Origin: an uncultured Candidatus Rokubacteria bacterium
GTDB taxonomy: Bacteria; Methylomirabilota; Methylomirabilia; Rokubacteriales; DASRDR01
DNA: 64,000 nucleotides
Assembly (NCBI GenBank): GCA_963805625.1
Contig: CAWDVE010000017.1
Coordinates: forward strand, 256,001-320,000
Reading direction: 5' to 3'
Shown here: positions 1-8,885 of the stretch, piece by piece
Layout of the letters: each line of letters starts with the position of its first letter
How positions within the stretch are numbered: position 1 is the first letter of the stretch
Notes under the pieces: model-generated
What the model saw: the letters and a program-made list of their open reading frames with translations, nothing else
What the model was told of the DNA's origin: nothing
Database searches by the model: none
Translations under genes and position numbers: made by a program

Positions 1-1
1 C

Positions 2-538
2 ATCAAGAGCCCATGCAAGACCTGCTCAGGCGAGGGCCGCGTGGCGCAGGAGCGGACCCTCAAGGTGCGCATCCCGCCCGGTGTCGACGAGGGCGCCCAG
101 ATGCGCATCGCGGGCGAGGGGGAAGGGGGCCTGGCCGGCGGCCCGGCGGGCGATCTCTATGTCGTCCTCCACGTGCGCCAGCACGCCTTCTTCACGCGCC
201 AGGGCAACGAGCTCTACTGTGCGCTCCCGCTCACCTTCGCCCAGGCTGCCCTCGGGGCGGAGGTGGACGTGCCGATCCTGAATGGCGTCGCGCAGCTCAA
301 GGTGCCGGCCGGCAGCCAGAACGGCGACGTGCTGCGGCTGCGCGGAAAGGGAATGCCCGGCCTCCACGGGCGCGGCCGCGGGGACGCGTGCTACACCGTG
401 GTGGTGGAGGTTCCGCGGAAGCTCACCGGGAAGCAGCGGGAGCTTCTCGAGGAGTACCAGCGCATCTCCTCCGGCGAGGAGCAGGGCCCGCTCGTCGGCG
501 GCTTCCTCGAATCGCTGAAGAAGCTCTTCGGCGGCTGA
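2..538 (+). CDS. dnaJ: Molecular chaperone DnaJ, C-terminal part (5' truncated by window edge)
   Basis: Last zinc-finger repeat CKTCSGEG, then VRIPPGVDEG, GPAGDLYV, QAALGAEVDVP and LRGKGMP of the DnaJ C-terminal domain. Confidence 0.95.
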   Translation: MKSPCKTCSGEGRVAQERTLKVRIPPGVDEGAQMRIAGEGEGGLAGGPAGDLYVVLHVRQHAFFTRQGNELYCALPLTFAQAALGAEVDVPILNGVAQLKVPAGSQNGDVLRLRGKGMPGLHGRGRGDACYTVVVEVPRKLTGKQRELLEEYQRISSGEEQGPLVGGFLESLKKLFGG

Positions 539-689
539 GCGGAAACGGCCCATCGGCCGTGGACGGCCGGTCGCCCTGCAAACGCCGCCTCGGTGCCGGC
601 GGTGGTGGATCTCGACCGGAGCGGGCTCGGCGAGGTCGCCGCCGTCTGTGGAGGAACGTGCGTCGCGCCGCCAAGCCCTGCTCGAGGCC

Positions 690-719
690 TTGACAGTTGG
701 CGCGATGCCTTCGTAGCCT
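690..719 (+). promoter_or_regulatory. Putative sigma70 promoter for the GT2-mtgA-PqqD operon
   Basis: TTGACA (690-695), 18-nt spacer, TAGCCT (714-719), about 50 nt upstream of ATG 768. Confidence 0.5.
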
Positions 720-767
720 GCGGACTGTGAGCACGACAACTACCGGTGGCAACTTCTAGAGGTGCGC

Positions 768-1463
768 ATGCCCCCGGCGATGATCAGCGTCGTCATTCCC
801 GTGTACAACGCCGAGTCGTACCTGGCCCAGGCGCTGGAGAGCGTGGCGCGTCAGACATGCACGACGATCGAGATCCTGGTCATAGACGACGGCTCGACAG
901 ACCGCAGCGAAGAGGTAGCACAAGGCTATCCAGATTCGCGCATCCGCGTTGTCCGTCAACCGAACGGCGGCCCTGCCGCCGCCCGGAATCACGGCGTCCG
1001 CCTTGCACGTGGCGACTTTCTGGCCTTCCTGGACGCCGATGACCTCTGGGAGCCGCTCAAGCTGGAAGTGCAGTTGGAGGCACTGCGGGCGCGTCCGGAC
1101 GCGGCGATGGCGTTCGGGGAGCTGATTCAGGTTCGGGACGCAGTCGATCCGCGGACCGGTGAGCTCACCCCGTGCGGCGACGCGATGCGCGCACATTCGG
1201 TGGGGACGCTTCTCATTGGCGCCGCGGACTTCCACCGGGTCGGATACTTCGACACGCGATGGCGGGTGGGTGAGTTCGTCGACTGGTACGCGCGCGCGCG
1301 AGACCTGGGCCTCCAAGAGGTAATGGTGCCCCGGGTGCTTCTCAAACGGCGCCTGCACGCTGACAACCTCGGTGTGCGTGAACGCGCGGCGCGGCAGGAG
1401 TACGCGCGGGTGATCGCTTCCGCCGTGGTGCGCCGGCGCCATCCCGCCGCTTCCGGTGGTTGA
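768..1463 (+). CDS. Glycosyltransferase family 2 (GT-A)
   Basis: ISVVIPVYNAESYL, IDDGSTD, NGGPAAARNHG and FLDADD motifs. Confidence 0.9.
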   Translation: MPPAMISVVIPVYNAESYLAQALESVARQTCTTIEILVIDDGSTDRSEEVAQGYPDSRIRVVRQPNGGPAAARNHGVRLARGDFLAFLDADDLWEPLKLEVQLEALRARPDAAMAFGELIQVRDAVDPRTGELTPCGDAMRAHSVGTLLIGAADFHRVGYFDTRWRVGEFVDWYARARDLGLQEVMVPRVLLKRRLHADNLGVRERAARQEYARVIASAVVRRRHPAASGG

Positions 1464-1496
1464 CTCTCGAACACGCCGTCTTCCGGGGCTTGCTCA

Positions 1497-2351
1497 TTGA
1501 CATTCTCTCGCCCTCCCGCGAGAGTGCCGCTAGCCACCCCGGCTTCCGGCGGCCTCGAGCCGGCCCGACCGGTCGGATCGGGGGTAAGGGTTGGATCGCC
1601 ATGGCTGCGCGGCTCGCTCGTGACGCTCGCGCTCTTCGGCGCCGTGGTGATGATGTGGGTCAGCCTGGCCAGGCCACTGACGCCCAGCCGGGCGTGCCTG
1701 GCGCTCCTCGCGGCACTCTTCCTGGCGTCGGCGCTGCCAGTCTTGGTGCTGCGCTGGGTCCAGCCTCCGACCACGGCGTTCATGATCTGGACGCGTCGTC
1801 GACGCCGCGGCCCGGAGACGTCGGTCCATCATGAATGGGTGTCCTACGAGGCCGTGTCTCCATCCATGCGGCTCGCCGCGATCGGCGCCGAGGATGCTCA
1901 CTTCGTGTCACACGCCGGCTTCGATTGGCCCAGCATCCGACGGGCTGTCCGATACAACCGTGAAGGCGGTCCACGGCGCGGCGCGAGCACGATCACTCAG
2001 CAGGTCGCCAAGAACCTGTTTCTCTGGCCGGGGCGTTCCTATCTCCGCAAGGGCCTGGAAGCGTACTTCACGGTGCTCATCGAGGCCATGTGGCCGAAGC
2101 GCCGGATTCTCGAGGTATACCTCAACATCGCGCAGTTCGGGCCGGACGTCTTTGGGGTCGGTGCGGCCTCGCGCGTGCTTCTCGGCAAGGAGGTCTCGGA
2201 CCTCGGCCCCCAAAACGCAGCGCTGCTGGCGGCCGCGCTTCCGAGCCCCGGCCGGTACGACGTTCGTCGTCCGTCCCCGGCCGTCCGCCTTCGCCAGGTG
2301 ATGATCATGGACAGCGTTCGGCGCCTGGACCTGGACCCCGATCACCTCTGA
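1497..2351 (+). CDS. mtgA: Monofunctional peptidoglycan transglycosylase (GT51); start uncertain
   Basis: EDAHFVSHAGFD, RGASTITQQVAKNL, RKGLE and KRRILEVYLN motifs; N-terminal TM segments. Confidence 0.9.
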   Translation: MTFSRPPARVPLATPASGGLEPARPVGSGVRVGSPWLRGSLVTLALFGAVVMMWVSLARPLTPSRACLALLAALFLASALPVLVLRWVQPPTTAFMIWTRRRRRGPETSVHHEWVSYEAVSPSMRLAAIGAEDAHFVSHAGFDWPSIRRAVRYNREGGPRRGASTITQQVAKNLFLWPGRSYLRKGLEAYFTVLIEAMWPKRRILEVYLNIAQFGPDVFGVGAASRVLLGKEVSDLGPQNAALLAAALPSPGRYDVRRPSPAVRLRQVMIMDSVRRLDLDPDHL

Positions 2352-2385
2352 GCCGCGGCCAGAGTGCCACCCAGAGAGGATAGAG

Positions 2386-2832
2386 ATGGACACTCGCTAC
2401 GGTGTCGACGAAAGCCGGGTCGTGTACGAGCTTCTTGAGAGGGAGATCGTCGTCGTCAACCTCGACACCGGGCACTACTACATCTTGGACGACACGGCGG
2501 CCGTGATCTGGAGGGAGCTCGTGGACGGGTCCACGCCGACCGAGGTGGTGCACGCGCTGAGCGTTCGGCATCCGGCCGACGGTGAGACGATCCGAGATGC
2601 GGTCCGGAGCTTCGTCGAGCAACTCACCGGGGAAGGGCTTCTCACTGCGTCGGACCGCGCGGCTCCCCGGCAGGCCGAGGCCGGCGCTGCGCAGATGCTG
2701 GATCTCGGCCCGAGCTTCATGCCCCCGATCCTAAATCGCTACACCGACATGGCGAAGCTGATCCAGATGGATCCGATCCACGACTTCGACGAGACCGGCT
2801 GGCCACGCCGCCCTATCGCCCGCGATCGATGA
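2386..2832 (+). CDS. PqqD family / RiPP recognition element protein with C-terminal extension
   Basis: EIVVVNLDTGHYYILDDTAAVIW...VRSFVEQLTGEGLL PqqD pattern, then tail FMPPILNRYTDM...DPIHDFDETGWP; SD GAGG upstream. Confidence 0.85.
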   Translation: MDTRYGVDESRVVYELLEREIVVVNLDTGHYYILDDTAAVIWRELVDGSTPTEVVHALSVRHPADGETIRDAVRSFVEQLTGEGLLTASDRAAPRQAEAGAAQMLDLGPSFMPPILNRYTDMAKLIQMDPIHDFDETGWPRRPIARDR

Positions 2833-3884
2833 CCGGCCGACCTTTGGTCGAGGAGGCGCTGGAGCGCTTCTTCGACGAGGCCGAGGCGTCCTTCGAAAAG
2901 GCGGTCAACCGCTCCGCGGAAAGGGTAGAGCGCCACGTGCAGGTGGCTGGTCGTCCGATGCGCCTTCAGTTCGCCGGCGCGACACTGGCGGACGCGATGA
3001 TGCCCGCGCTGAGGCATCTCGAGGTCCCGGCTGCGACCCCGTCGCTGACGGCGTTCATCTGGGACCTGCGCTCCACCGAGGTTGTCCTTGGTCCTCCGCC
3101 ATGGGCGGCGTTGCCGTACTTCGAACGCGGCAACATGCGGGGCTTCCGGGATGACCGCTTTGTCCTCGTCTACGATCGTCGCACGCGCGCCTTCAGCGCC
3201 GTCGACAATCTCCAGGGCCGAGCCGTTCAGTGGATGGACGACGCGGCATGTGTGCCGTTCTCCGAGCGCGCCGCACCCCTCCGGCACGTCCTCCAGGGCT
3301 GGCTCCAGCGGGAGGGGCTGTTCGTCGCCCATGCATCGGCAGTCGGTCGGGCCTCCGGTGGGGTCGCGGTGAGTGGCCGGACCGGCTCCGGCAAGTCGAC
3401 GACGGCGGCGCTGTGCTTGGGGTCCGACCTTGGATATCTCGGGGACGACAACATCCTGATCTCGGCCGGCGGTGAGCCGTGCGCGTACAGCCTCTACGGA
3501 GTGGCGAAGCTCAGCCGCGCAACGCTGGCGTGGTTCCCCGAGTTGTCCGCCGCCGTGGCCAATCCGGAACGGCTCGATGTCGAGAAGGCGCTGATCTTTC
3601 TTGGAGACGCCTATCGGCCACGGATGCTGCGGGAGTTTCCGCTCCGTGCAATCCTCCTTCCGCGCGTCGTCGACGGGCGCGAAACGCGCCTCCGGCAGGT
3701 GTCGGGGAACACCGCCTTCCGGACGCTGGCCCCGGATACCCTCTTGACGGTCCTGGGAAACCCCACGCTGACGGCGCGAGGCCTGCGACGGTTGGTCGAC
3801 GCTCTGCCATGCTACGAGCTTACGCTGGGCCACGACCTCGCCCGGATCCCTGGTGTCATTGACGATCTGCTCTCGCATGCTTGA
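2829..3884 (+). CDS. HPr kinase-like (lasso-peptide-kinase-like) P-loop serine kinase
   Basis: HASAV, Walker A GRTGSGKST, and YLGDD motif; ATGA overlap with the PqqD stop. Confidence 0.8.
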   Translation: MTGRPLVEEALERFFDEAEASFEKAVNRSAERVERHVQVAGRPMRLQFAGATLADAMMPALRHLEVPAATPSLTAFIWDLRSTEVVLGPPPWAALPYFERGNMRGFRDDRFVLVYDRRTRAFSAVDNLQGRAVQWMDDAACVPFSERAAPLRHVLQGWLQREGLFVAHASAVGRASGGVAVSGRTGSGKSTTAALCLGSDLGYLGDDNILISAGGEPCAYSLYGVAKLSRATLAWFPELSAAVANPERLDVEKALIFLGDAYRPRMLREFPLRAILLPRVVDGRETRLRQVSGNTAFRTLAPDTLLTVLGNPTLTARGLRRLVDALPCYELTLGHDLARIPGVIDDLLSHA

Positions 3885-4732
3885 GGCGGCGCGCAGCGAG
3901 CATGACTGATCCGTTCAGCGCTCTCGATCCACGGCCGACCACCCGTCAGGAGCTGATGCTGACCGCGGCCCTGCGGCAGGGTGAGCCAGCGCTGGCCGCG
4001 TGGGAGGCGTGGGTCTCCGATCTAGACCCCGAACGGCTCGAGGAGCAGCTCGAGCCGGATTCCCAGTGGCTCATGCCTCTCATCTACTGGAATCTACGTC
4101 GGGACGTGGAGCACCCCGTGCTCGCTCGTTGCCGGAACGTCTACCTTCACAACTGGTACAAGAACAATGCGATGCTCCATGCGCTGGCGTCGGCGCTCGG
4201 GTCGGGGGGACTGGCCGCGGTCAAGCCGGTGCTGCTGAAGGGGGCGGCCATGGCCGTCCGCTACTACGACACCCCCGGCGCCAGGCCCATCGCGACCATC
4301 GACGCGTGGATCCCCTTCGCGGCCGATGGCGCGTCCAGGTGGCTGGACCCGCTGCGCGACATGCTCACCCTCCACGACGTGCCCTTCGCCGCGGGACCTA
4401 CGGGCGGCCTCCTGAACCGGGCGGACACCGTAACCTTCATGGGCGCGACGTGCACCGTGATGAGCGCCGCCGACCAACTTCTCCACATCTGCTTTCATCG
4501 CCGGTCCTGGGATCCCCGAACCCGGTTGGTCTGGGTGGCCGACGCGGTGCAGGTGCTTCGGCGGTCGCCCGATCTGGACTGGGACACCGCCCTGGCGGCC
4601 GCTTCCCAGCTCGGGCTGGATCAGACGCTGTCAGCCACGCTCGACTACCTCGGTCGCTTCGGTGTGCCCGTCAGACTTCGGTCAGCGACGCGCATGCGCC
4701 CACGTCGCGCCGTCGGCCGGTCTGGCCCATGA
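3881..4732 (+). CDS. NTP_transf_5-like nucleotidyltransferase, short and degenerate (alternative start ATG 3902)
   Basis: VLLKGAAMA...ARPIATID, DQLLHIC, WVADA and DWD; paralog of the N-terminal part of 5406..7163. Confidence 0.75.
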   Translation: MRRRAASMTDPFSALDPRPTTRQELMLTAALRQGEPALAAWEAWVSDLDPERLEEQLEPDSQWLMPLIYWNLRRDVEHPVLARCRNVYLHNWYKNNAMLHALASALGSGGLAAVKPVLLKGAAMAVRYYDTPGARPIATIDAWIPFAADGASRWLDPLRDMLTLHDVPFAAGPTGGLLNRADTVTFMGATCTVMSAADQLLHICFHRRSWDPRTRLVWVADAVQVLRRSPDLDWDTALAAASQLGLDQTLSATLDYLGRFGVPVRLRSATRMRPRRAVGRSGP

Positions 4733-5409
4733 GCACGATCGTCGGGGTCATGGATCGTCCCGGCTTCCAGGCGAACACCGACAACCTCGTGCTGGTCGAG
4801 CCTGCGCGCTCCCGACTGACGTGGATTCCTCGCGACCTCTGGTGCGAGACGCTCCGAGCGCGGATCAATCGCGCCTTCAGTCGCGGCGGCCACGAGCTGC
4901 TCGTCGCTGCGCTGGGGGCGCACGGCTTCCACGTCACGGCCAGTCTCGTGCTGTCCCGGGAGGCCACGGAGGAGGCGCTCGCTGATGCCGTGGTGGTGGT
5001 CCCTGTGCCCTGCCGGATGACCTTCTCCTATCCCCTGACGCCGTGCGCGCGCATCGAGGATGGCAGCAAGCAAGTGGTCTTCAACCCGCCGGCCGAGGTT
5101 CTGCGGGGCGAGCGGATTCACCAATGGATGGGCGCCCGCGGCACGGATCTTCACCGGATCGAGAGGCAGAAGATCCTCGTGCGCCGCTTGCTGGAGAAGG
5201 GATTCGAGTTTCGACGAGCCCTGGCCCGTCCCGCCTGGTACTCCATCAGCGGGGCGGACTGTCTGCCCGATCTGGCGCGGGTGCGGCCTGACTGGCAGTT
5301 CGAGACCATCACTGAGCTCTCGCCCGTCTCCATCGAGGGACAGATGGTCTTGGTGAGGGGCGGGCGGGACCGCCACGACCACGACCCCCCCGGGCCGTCG
5401 CAGCCTTGA
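4729..5409 (+). CDS. LytR-CpsA-Psr (LCP) family phosphotransferase-like protein without membrane anchor
   Basis: NTDNLVLV, WIPRDLW, RINRAFSRGG, LRGERIHQWMGAR and DLHRIERQK match the LCP pattern; ATGA overlap with the previous stop; C-terminal part of track ORF 4000..5409. Confidence 0.7.
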   Translation: MSTIVGVMDRPGFQANTDNLVLVEPARSRLTWIPRDLWCETLRARINRAFSRGGHELLVAALGAHGFHVTASLVLSREATEEALADAVVVVPVPCRMTFSYPLTPCARIEDGSKQVVFNPPAEVLRGERIHQWMGARGTDLHRIERQKILVRRLLEKGFEFRRALARPAWYSISGADCLPDLARVRPDWQFETITELSPVSIEGQMVLVRGGRDRHDHDPPGPSQP

Positions 5410-7163
5410 CTCCTCGATTCGTGGACTGCTGGCCGACCGCCGAGCAGCGGCTCCTCCTGCGCGCCACGCTGCTCGAGGGAACGTCAGCCGTCACCGCCTG
5501 GCGCGAGTGGAGGCAGCGAGTCGACCTTGACGGGATCGACGAGGCATCCGGCCGCCTGCTGCCGCAGCTTGCCCGCAACCTCTCGCTGCTCGGGGTGGAG
5601 GATCCGATTCTGCCGCGGCTTCGCGGTGTGCGGCGCCGCGTGTGGACCCAGAACACGGAGCGCCTCATCGAGACCGCCTCCCTGGTGCGGATGCTCGAGG
5701 AGGCCGGCGTCGCCACGATGGTCCTGAAGGGCGCCGCGCTGGCGACCCTCTACTACCCGGACCGCGGGCTCCGCCCGATGACGGACACCGATGTGCTCGT
5801 GCCGACCCGGCAAGTGCGGCCCGTGATGGCGCTCCTCATGGAAAGGGGCTGGACCCCCGTGGGATGGATCCCGGAGGCGCGGCGTCCCGAGCTGACTCTC
5901 GGCGTGCATCATGCGCACGAGTTCCGGCACCCCAGCGGCCAGAGTCTGGATCTGCACTGGCACGTCCTGTGGGAGTGCGGCGCGCCGGATGCCGACGACG
6001 ACTTCTGGGCCGCGGCCGTCCCCCTCGACCTGCGCGGCACTCTCACGCGGACCCTTTGCCCGACGGACCAGTTGCTGCATGTATGCGTTCACGGCGCGCA
6101 CTGGAGCGGGGCCCCCTCCCTCCGATGGGCTGCGGATGCGCACATGATCCTTCAGCGCCAGGGGATCAGCATCGACTGGGACCGACTGGTGGACCAGTCG
6201 TGTCGCCGCGGCTTGGTGCTGCCGATGCGCGCGACGCTGTCGCTGCTCGCGGAGATTCTGGAGGCCCCGGTGCCGCCGGGCGTCCTGGCGGCCCTTCGCG
6301 GGATCGCGGTGCCGTGGACTCAGTGCGTCGAGTATGCGACGGGGACCCGCGCGGCCCGACGACCGAGCATCGCGCTGCTCAATCGCGCGTGCCACCACCA
6401 TCGGCTGTCCGTGGGACAGACATTCGCCCGTTCTCTGTTCGGGTTCCCGCGATACCTCCGTCTGAGCTACGAGCAGGAGAGCTTCTGGGGGCTCGCCAGC
6501 GTGATGAGGAGAAAGATTCGACGACGAATCGCTGCTCGGCTGGGCCGTCCCGATCGCCCGGTTCCTCAACCCGAGGCCCAGGATGTGGGGCGCTCATCGG
6601 GCTCCGGTCAGGAATCAGCACCGTCATGGCTCGACAAGTCCCCCTGGATGCCCGTGGATGCGCCCATTCGATCCATTCCGTCGGCGCGCAGCCGAGTCCT
6701 CTTACTGGAGGTCATCGCGCAGTTCGACGTCGAGGCGACCCCGCGCTACCGACCCGTTCCGACCCGGCGCGGCACGACCACCTGGTGCAACATCTTCGTC
6801 TGGGACGTCACTCGCGCTCTAGGCGCAGAGGTTCCGCACTGCGTGGACGAGGCCGGGCGGTCGGTTCCGGTGGGGCAGGGGAGGGAGCTGACGGCCAACG
6901 GCACGCTGCGGTGGCTGAACACGCACGGCTTGGCCGACGGGTGGCGCGAGGAGGACGCGGCCGGCGCGGTGCGGGCTGCCGAGGCAGGGTCACCTGCCCT
7001 GGCAATCTGGCACAATCCGTTCGGCCACGGTCATGTGGGGATCGTCGTTCCGTGTCAGGACGACGGCGTCCACATCGCTCAGGCGGGCACCGTCTGCTTC
7101 AGCAGCCGGCCGCTGGCTCACGGTTTCGGGGACCGGCCAGCGCGGTTCTTCGTGCACGCCTGA
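5406..7163 (+). CDS. Fusion of NTP_transf_5 nucleotidyltransferase and C-terminal NlpC/P60/CHAP-like Cys-His peptidase domain
   Basis: VLKGAAL, RPMTDTD, LDLHW and WAADA; after a Pro/Ser/Gly linker come TWCNIFVWDVT, GHVGIV and IAQAG. Confidence 0.75.
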   Translation: MTPRFVDCWPTAEQRLLLRATLLEGTSAVTAWREWRQRVDLDGIDEASGRLLPQLARNLSLLGVEDPILPRLRGVRRRVWTQNTERLIETASLVRMLEEAGVATMVLKGAALATLYYPDRGLRPMTDTDVLVPTRQVRPVMALLMERGWTPVGWIPEARRPELTLGVHHAHEFRHPSGQSLDLHWHVLWECGAPDADDDFWAAAVPLDLRGTLTRTLCPTDQLLHVCVHGAHWSGAPSLRWAADAHMILQRQGISIDWDRLVDQSCRRGLVLPMRATLSLLAEILEAPVPPGVLAALRGIAVPWTQCVEYATGTRAARRPSIALLNRACHHHRLSVGQTFARSLFGFPRYLRLSYEQESFWGLASVMRRKIRRRIAARLGRPDRPVPQPEAQDVGRSSGSGQESAPSWLDKSPWMPVDAPIRSIPSARSRVLLLEVIAQFDVEATPRYRPVPTRRGTTTWCNIFVWDVTRALGAEVPHCVDEAGRSVPVGQGRELTANGTLRWLNTHGLADGWREEDAAGAVRAAEAGSPALAIWHNPFGHGHVGIVVPCQDDGVHIAQAGTVCFSSRPLAHGFGDRPARFFVHA

Positions 7164-7267
7164 GGGGCCTCCGGCCGTTGCGCGTGTCGTCGAGGTAGCA
7201 TGCAACATCCTGCTCTCGAGCGGCACCTTCCTGCAGGCCCCCTCCTGCCGGCAAAAGGAGCCGGGTG

Positions 7268-8233
7268 ATGTCATCGCTCGTCGCCGAAGTCGACGAGAGG
7301 CCGGAGTCTCATCGCGGGCTCCTGGCGCGAATCGATCTTGTCGTGCTCGTCCATCGCGACGCACCGCACGTCGTGATGCGGTCGCTGCGCGCGCTGGCCG
7401 TTTCGATGGGAACGAACTGGACCGGCCGGATCGCGCTCGTACAGAACGCGTCTCCGGCAGCCACCGTCATGGCCGCGCAGTCCGAGGTCGTGCGTTCGTT
7501 TCCATCCGCCCGCATGGTCTCCGTCTCGTCGCGACGGAACCTCGGATACGCGGCTGGCGTGAATCTCGGCGTGGCGCACACGACCGCGCCCTACGTCGGC
7601 GTCTTCAATCCCGACGGCGTCACCCGGCCGGAGACCGTGGCGCGACTTGCGGGCGCGCTGGAACACGGTCGTGACGCCTTCATGGCTGGCGCGCGGATTG
7701 TGTCGACGGTAGTCTTGGAAGAGCCGCCTGCTTGTGCCCCGCGACGGGTTGCCTGGCTCCCTGGAGCGGCGATGCTGTTCCGACGAGAGTGGTTCCTCGA
7801 CATCGGCGGTTTCGATCCCGGCTTCTTCATGTACTGCGAGGACGTCGACCTTTCTCGGCGGGCACGCGCCCGCGGGTGGAAACTGGTGGTCGCACCCGAT
7901 GCCGTGTTCTTCCACGCGCGTGAGTTCGGCCAGCTCGAGTCACTTCGCCGGATTCGGATGTGGACCGTCTCCAACACGAGCCTCGTGTACCAGTACGGCA
8001 CGCCGCGGTGGCGAGCAATGGCTCGGCTGGCTCGTCAACGAGCCGGATGGTTCCGCAACCTTGCCCGCAAGCGTCGAGGCTGGACGCTTGCGGGCGCGCT
8101 CGTCGGGTCGGCAGCCTGGCTGGTGTCGATTCCCCGGCTGGAGCATCGCCGGCGCCACCCGTGGGACGGAGCCGCGTTGTCGGACTGGCTCGCGAGGGCG
8201 ACCCGTCGTGCCCAGATCACTGATCTCCAGTGA
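7268..8233 (+). CDS. Glycosyltransferase family 2 (WbbL/rhamnosyltransferase-like)
   Basis: NLGYAAGVN, FNPD, GAAMLFRR and GGFDPGFFMYCEDVDL; SD AAGGAG. Confidence 0.85.
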   Translation: MSSLVAEVDERPESHRGLLARIDLVVLVHRDAPHVVMRSLRALAVSMGTNWTGRIALVQNASPAATVMAAQSEVVRSFPSARMVSVSSRRNLGYAAGVNLGVAHTTAPYVGVFNPDGVTRPETVARLAGALEHGRDAFMAGARIVSTVVLEEPPACAPRRVAWLPGAAMLFRREWFLDIGGFDPGFFMYCEDVDLSRRARARGWKLVVAPDAVFFHAREFGQLESLRRIRMWTVSNTSLVYQYGTPRWRAMARLARQRAGWFRNLARKRRGWTLAGALVGSAAWLVSIPRLEHRRRHPWDGAALSDWLARATRRAQITDLQ

Positions 8234-8374
8234 GGGCGTGCCTTGACCGCCCCAGTCTTCCGTCCGCGTCGAGCGAGCATGGCCGTTCACCGCCGCTGGG
8301 CGTACCCGCATGATGCTGGCACGGGCCGGACCGGGACGCTCACCGGCGGACGGACTTTGAACATCACCATCGTG

Positions 8375-8545
8375 ACCATCGTGCAGACAGGGCAATCTCA
8401 ACCTCGATGCCCGGAACCAGCACGCCCTGGAAGCCGAGCATGGCACCCATCGCCATGACCGTCGGAAATGCAATCGGCAGCGCCTAGATGGCCGGGGCGC
8501 CGAGCTGTGCGCCCCACAGTCCGACCGCGACCATCGCCAATACGC
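8375..8545 (-). pseudogene. HupE/UreJ family remnant with in-frame stop
   Basis: Reverse strand reads VLAMVAVGLWGAQLGAPAI*ALPIAFPTVMAMGAMLG...PGIEVEIALSA; TAG lies where Trp is expected. Confidence 0.7.
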
Positions 8546-8549
8546 AGGC

Positions 8550-8670
8550 TGACGAACTGTGCCGGAGACAGTGCGGCGTGAAGTGCGTCGGTAGTTCCGG
8601 AGCCTGAGAACCGCGTGAGAAGGTGCGCTGAATCACGCCCGGATGGAACGGCTCGCCAGTGCCGCCCGAG
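8550..8670 (-). pseudogene. Tyrosine recombinase (phage integrase) C-terminal fragment
   Basis: TGEPFHPGVIQRTFSRGSQAPELPTHFTPHCLRHS carries the HxLRH catalytic motif. Confidence 0.6.
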
Positions 8671-8885
8671 ACGCCAGACCCTGGCGTAAGCTCCACAGCC
8701 AGCGGGCGTCGTCGCCATAGGCATCCGGACCGAGTCGGCACGAAAAGCTCGGCACGTGAGCGGCGAGCCGTGCAGCGAGCAGGCCCATGCCCTCTTCGGG
8801 TGGCGCCGCGGCGGCCTGGCCGATGGCGAACATTCCGTCTGGCGGGCATGAGCGGAACAGGGTTCCGCGCCACGCATCCAGCGCG

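Noticed and set aside
2386-7163. Complete lasso peptide gene cluster
   Set aside because: No asparagine-synthetase-like cyclase, no transglutaminase-like B2 and no standalone precursor in the window.
8243-8458. 71-aa ORF as RiPP precursor
   Set aside because: No leader motif or SD, and it overlaps the antisense hupE/ureJ remnant.
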